A DNA stretch of 64,000 nt. Source: an uncultured Chloroflexia bacterium (lineage in GTDB: Bacteria; Chloroflexota; Limnocylindria; Limnocylindrales; CSP1-4). Made by a program: the position numbers and the translations under genes. Position 1 is the first letter of the stretch; every line of letters starts with the position of its first letter. Shown here piece by piece: positions 61,172 to 64,000 of this stretch. The stretch spans positions 39,250 to 103,249 of the forward strand of contig CAVVYR010000026.1 in assembly GCA_963752475.1 (NCBI GenBank). The letters are read 5' to 3'. The notes beneath the pieces were generated by a model that worked only from the letters and a program-made list of their open reading frames with translations, was not told the origin of the DNA and searched no databases.

Positions 61172-62401
61172 GCCGGCACCTCGAAGAGGGCGTCATAGCG
61201 GGCGAGATCGACGACCGGGGCCTCGGGCTCACCCTCGGCCAGGCGCTGCCGGGCCTCTCGTGCGAGGCGGATGGCCCGGCCATGGGCGGGGTCGAGCACG
61301 ACGTCCGCCCGCACGAAGCTGCGCCGGTGCTCGGCGATGACGTGCCCCTCACAGGACAACCACACCTCGGTGGGCGTGACCCGCACCCCGATGCGCCGGC
61401 CGACGAAGGCCGGCGGTACCGAGTAGTCGGCGCCGAGCACGCGCACGAAGGCGTCCTTGCCGGCCCGGGCCTCGAGCTGCAGGTCGGTGTCGGGCAGCGG
61501 CTCGGGCAGGCGGTGGAGGAAACCGCGCTCGACCGCGAAGCGGTCGCCGACGCGGGCGCCGGTGCGGCGCAGGGTGCGGGCGAAGGCCACCTCGGCCGCC
61601 CAGGCATCGTGCTGGGCCTGCAGGTCGGACAGCGAGGTGAACGTGCGCAAGGGCAGGAAGCTCGTCTCGAGATAGCCGATGGTGCGCTCCACCTGGCCCT
61701 TCGAGGTCGGGGTCCGTGGCGGCAGGGGCACGGCCTTCGTGTGCAGCTGGCCCGAGCAGGGCCAGCACCTCGGGGTGGAGCCGGGCCCGCCTGCCCGCAC
61801 CCGGTCGGCCACGATGCGAGGCGTCGTTGTCGTGCACGATCGCCTCGGGCACGCCGCCGAGACGCTCGAGGCAGCCGACGAGAGCCACGCACAGGTCGGC
61901 CGACCGTCCGCCCGAGCGTGAAGACCGTCGCATGGGCGCCCGAGTGGGGCAGCGTGAGCACGAGGCCGAAGGCCTCCCTGGTCGACGCCCTGGCCCACCG
62001 GCACCATGACGCCGGTGTGCCACCAGTCGAGCTGGCCGATCTCGCCGGGCAGGTATGACGTGCGCTGGAAGGCCCGGGCCGCGAGGAAGGCCGGGCGCAC
62101 CCGCGCGAGGTGCTCCTTGAGGATGCTGATGCCACCGGGGTAGCCCGAGCGGCGCAGGCGCTCGACGGATGACCGTGGCCGGGGCATCAGCCTCGGTGTC
62201 GAGCATCGCGGCGATCTCGTCGGCGAAGGGGTCGACGAGCGAACCCCTGGGTGCCCGCTGATATCGCGGCGCCTCCTTCGAACCCAACAGTCGGATCACC
62301 GTCGTGCGGCTCATGCCGAGGCGTCGGGCGATGGCGCGCTTGGTCAGGCCCTCGCGATGGAACAGTCGCTGGACCTCGGCCCAGTCCTCCACTCGATACA
62401 C
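61168..62401 (-). CDS. istA: IS21 transposase IstA; several frameshifts
   Basis: HTH AIARRLGMSRTTV, PGEIGQLDW, HDN, KGQVER and YSVP motifs. Confidence 0.88.
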
Positions 62402-62821
62402 TCCTCTCTCCCTCGGTGCCGGCGTTGCCTTGTCGGCCCGAGGGTGCCTTGTGAAACCCGATGGGTGTCCAGGTTTCAGCCGGCGGGGAGTGTTCAGTTT
62501 TCACCCGGCGTCGACATGCTGACGTCTCCGAGCGCCTGCGTCGGGCTGCATTACTCGACGAGGACGGCATTCTGAGCGACCACGAATATGCCGCAAAGGA
62601 GGCGGCCCTGCTGGAGCAGCTGTGACCGCGGCCGCCGCACGTGGGACTTGGCCAGACGGGCCCCGACGCAACGACCACGGATGGGTGGGCCAATCGAACG
62701 TGAGTCCGAGGTCTGCTGGCTTTCAACATCTCGGAGACACTGCCGTTGCCTCACAGGCTCATCTAGTCTCTATGAAGATCGTCAAGCCGGCGGCGGTCGT
62801 GGAGCGGATGCGGTAACGCGT

Positions 62822-64000
62822 CTCATGTCTCTATGTGCCTCCTGCTGGGAGGACCTGGCTGGTAGGTGACAGCGGCGGCCCAAGTCACACGAGGGTCGTC
62901 AGGCGACCAGACTACGAGGGGGGCCTGCCGCTCGGAACGGCTCCTGGCGCGTGAGCATGTACCAGATGGCGGTGGCCAGCTCGCGCGCCAGCTCCACCTG
63001 TGCCACCCCACTGCCCCGCTGCTTGCCGAGCCGGCGCTTGGTGCGTTGGTACTTCCTCCGATAGCGTGGATGGCTCGCCGCGTGGACCGCGGCCTCGACG
63101 AGCGCCCAGCGCAGGTACTTCGGGCCGGTCTTGGCCAGCTTCCCGCGCCGGTCGGTCCCGCCCGACTGGTAGACCCGGGGACAGAGCCCGGTGTAGCCCA
63201 CGAGCCGCTTGGCGCTCGCGAAGCGGCCGATGTCGCCGATCTCCGCGGCGATGGTGTAGGCGAGGATGGGCCCGACCCCCGGCACCGTCCGCAAGAGCGG
63301 CACGTACTCGTGGTCGGCCCCGAGCCGTGCCAGCTCGGCTTCGCAGCCGCGGATCTCGGCCTCGAGCGCGTCGAGCCGCGCGAGGCTCGCTGCGAGCGTC
63401 CGGTCCCAGGGCTCGGGGACCTCGAGCGCCGCGAGCAGCTCCCGGCCCCGGACCCCGAAGAGGTCCGTGGCGGGCACGCTGTGGCCGAACGCGAAGAGCG
63501 TGGCGTGGACCCGGTTCTTGATCGAGGTGCGATGGCGCACGAGGTACAGCCGATAGCGGGCACGCTCGCGCTCGGCACGGATGGCCGGGTGGACCAGCCA
63601 GACCGCGGGCACGAGGTCGCGCCAGGCGAGGATCGCGAGCACCCGCGCGTCGATCTCGTCGGTCTTGGCCGCGAGCGGTGCGAGGCCCTTGACCCTGGCC
63701 GCGTCGGCGATGAGCACGTCCCAGCCGTGGCCCTGCAGCTCGTCATGCACGAAGCGGGCCCCGTTCATCGATTCGATGGTCGCGGTCACGGGCCCGGGGA
63801 AGCGCTCCGCGAGTGTCCGCAGCGCGTCGGCATCGGGATGGACCGCGAGCGCCTCGACCGTGGCCCCGTCCTCGTCGAGGACATGGACGTCGAGCTTCCT
63901 CCGTGACAGGTCCAATCCGGCGTATAACATGGCTTCCGGGCCTCCTGGTGCTGGTTCCGAAGAGAACCCACTGTCTCACCAGTGAGGCCCCCTTCATAGC
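62822..64000 (-). mobile_element. IS110-family element; boundaries approximate and may run past the window end
   Basis: Intact recombinase ORF flanked by structured non-coding segments; no TIR or TSD visible. Confidence 0.75.
62899..63930 (-). CDS. IS110-family recombinase/transposase
   Basis: GLDLS, IES, KTDEIDA (DEDD); PGVGP, AEIGDI.RF and GLCP..YQSG motifs. Confidence 0.93.
   Translation of the reverse strand: MLYAGLDLSRRKLDVHVLDEDGATVEALAVHPDADALRTLAERFPGPVTATIESMNGARFVHDELQGHGWDVLIADAARVKGLAPLAAKTDEIDARVLAILAWRDLVPAVWLVHPAIRAERERARYRLYLVRHRTSIKNRVHATLFAFGHSVPATDLFGVRGRELLAALEVPEPWDRTLAASLARLDALEAEIRGCEAELARLGADHEYVPLLRTVPGVGPILAYTIAAEIGDIGRFASAKRLVGYTGLCPRVYQSGGTDRRGKLAKTGPKYLRWALVEAAVHAASHPRYRRKYQRTKRRLGKQRGSGVAQVELARELATAIWYMLTRQEPFRAAGPPRSLVA

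Larger units (their letters stand above)
60346..62516 (-). mobile_element. IS21-family insertion sequence
   Basis: TG..CA imperfect ~50-bp IRs (TGTCAACGCCGG / TGTCGACGCCGG); TSD TGCTGAC at 60339-60345 and 62517-62523; istA-istB inside. Confidence 0.93.
60140..62625 (+). pseudogene. K+-channel (pore + TM) with SHOCT tail, remnant split by IS21
   Basis: DLSDALWWGIFTAT and PETDEGRIAAAGLM before the IS; ADVSERLRR..DGILSDHEYAAKEAALLEQL-stop after it. Confidence 0.65.

Noticed and set aside
4301-62401. Frameshifts in GntR, SBP, VapC, GH15, MMPL, UbiA, YhaN, YhaO, vWA, IstA and IstB read as programmed frameshifting or mass pseudogenisation
   Set aside because: The indels are scattered across unrelated genes that otherwise keep their motifs, with no shared slippery site (e.g. 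an extra A in the A-run near 58688). Long-read assembly error is the simplest explanation; read polishing would confirm it.
62758-62777. CTCAT..GTCTCTATG similarity to the IS110 distal end (62822-62835)
   Set aside because: Only a 9-nt exact match and the element boundaries are unverified, so it cannot be called a TSD or target relic.

Overview
Very GC-rich bacterial chromosomal DNA. The gene style (frequent leaderless genes, F420-dependent Fgd, UvrD2-HRDC) tentatively suggests Chloroflexota or an actinobacterium-like lineage. 1-21 kb is a carbohydrate/peptide catabolism region: GntR-UTRA regulator, two ABC sugar systems, xylose-isomerase-like, PfkB, FGGY, BtpA, SIS, RbsD/FucU and fgd. 21-51 kb mixes housekeeping and accessory genes with five type II toxin-antitoxin pairs. 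51-58 kb holds two colinear copies (5770 bp apart) of a BrnT-like toxin plus an unrecognised 110-aa partner. Both toxins appear to start at a conserved leaderless CTG, and the copies bracket a YhaO/YhaN (Mre11/Rad50-like) plus Zn-ribbon operon. The end holds a MerR-vWA pair, an IS21 element (IRs and a 7-bp TSD visible) inserted in a K+-channel/SHOCT remnant, and an IS110 recombinase with structured non-coding ends. About a dozen otherwise intact genes carry indels, most likely long-read assembly errors. No rRNA, tRNA or CRISPR array was seen.
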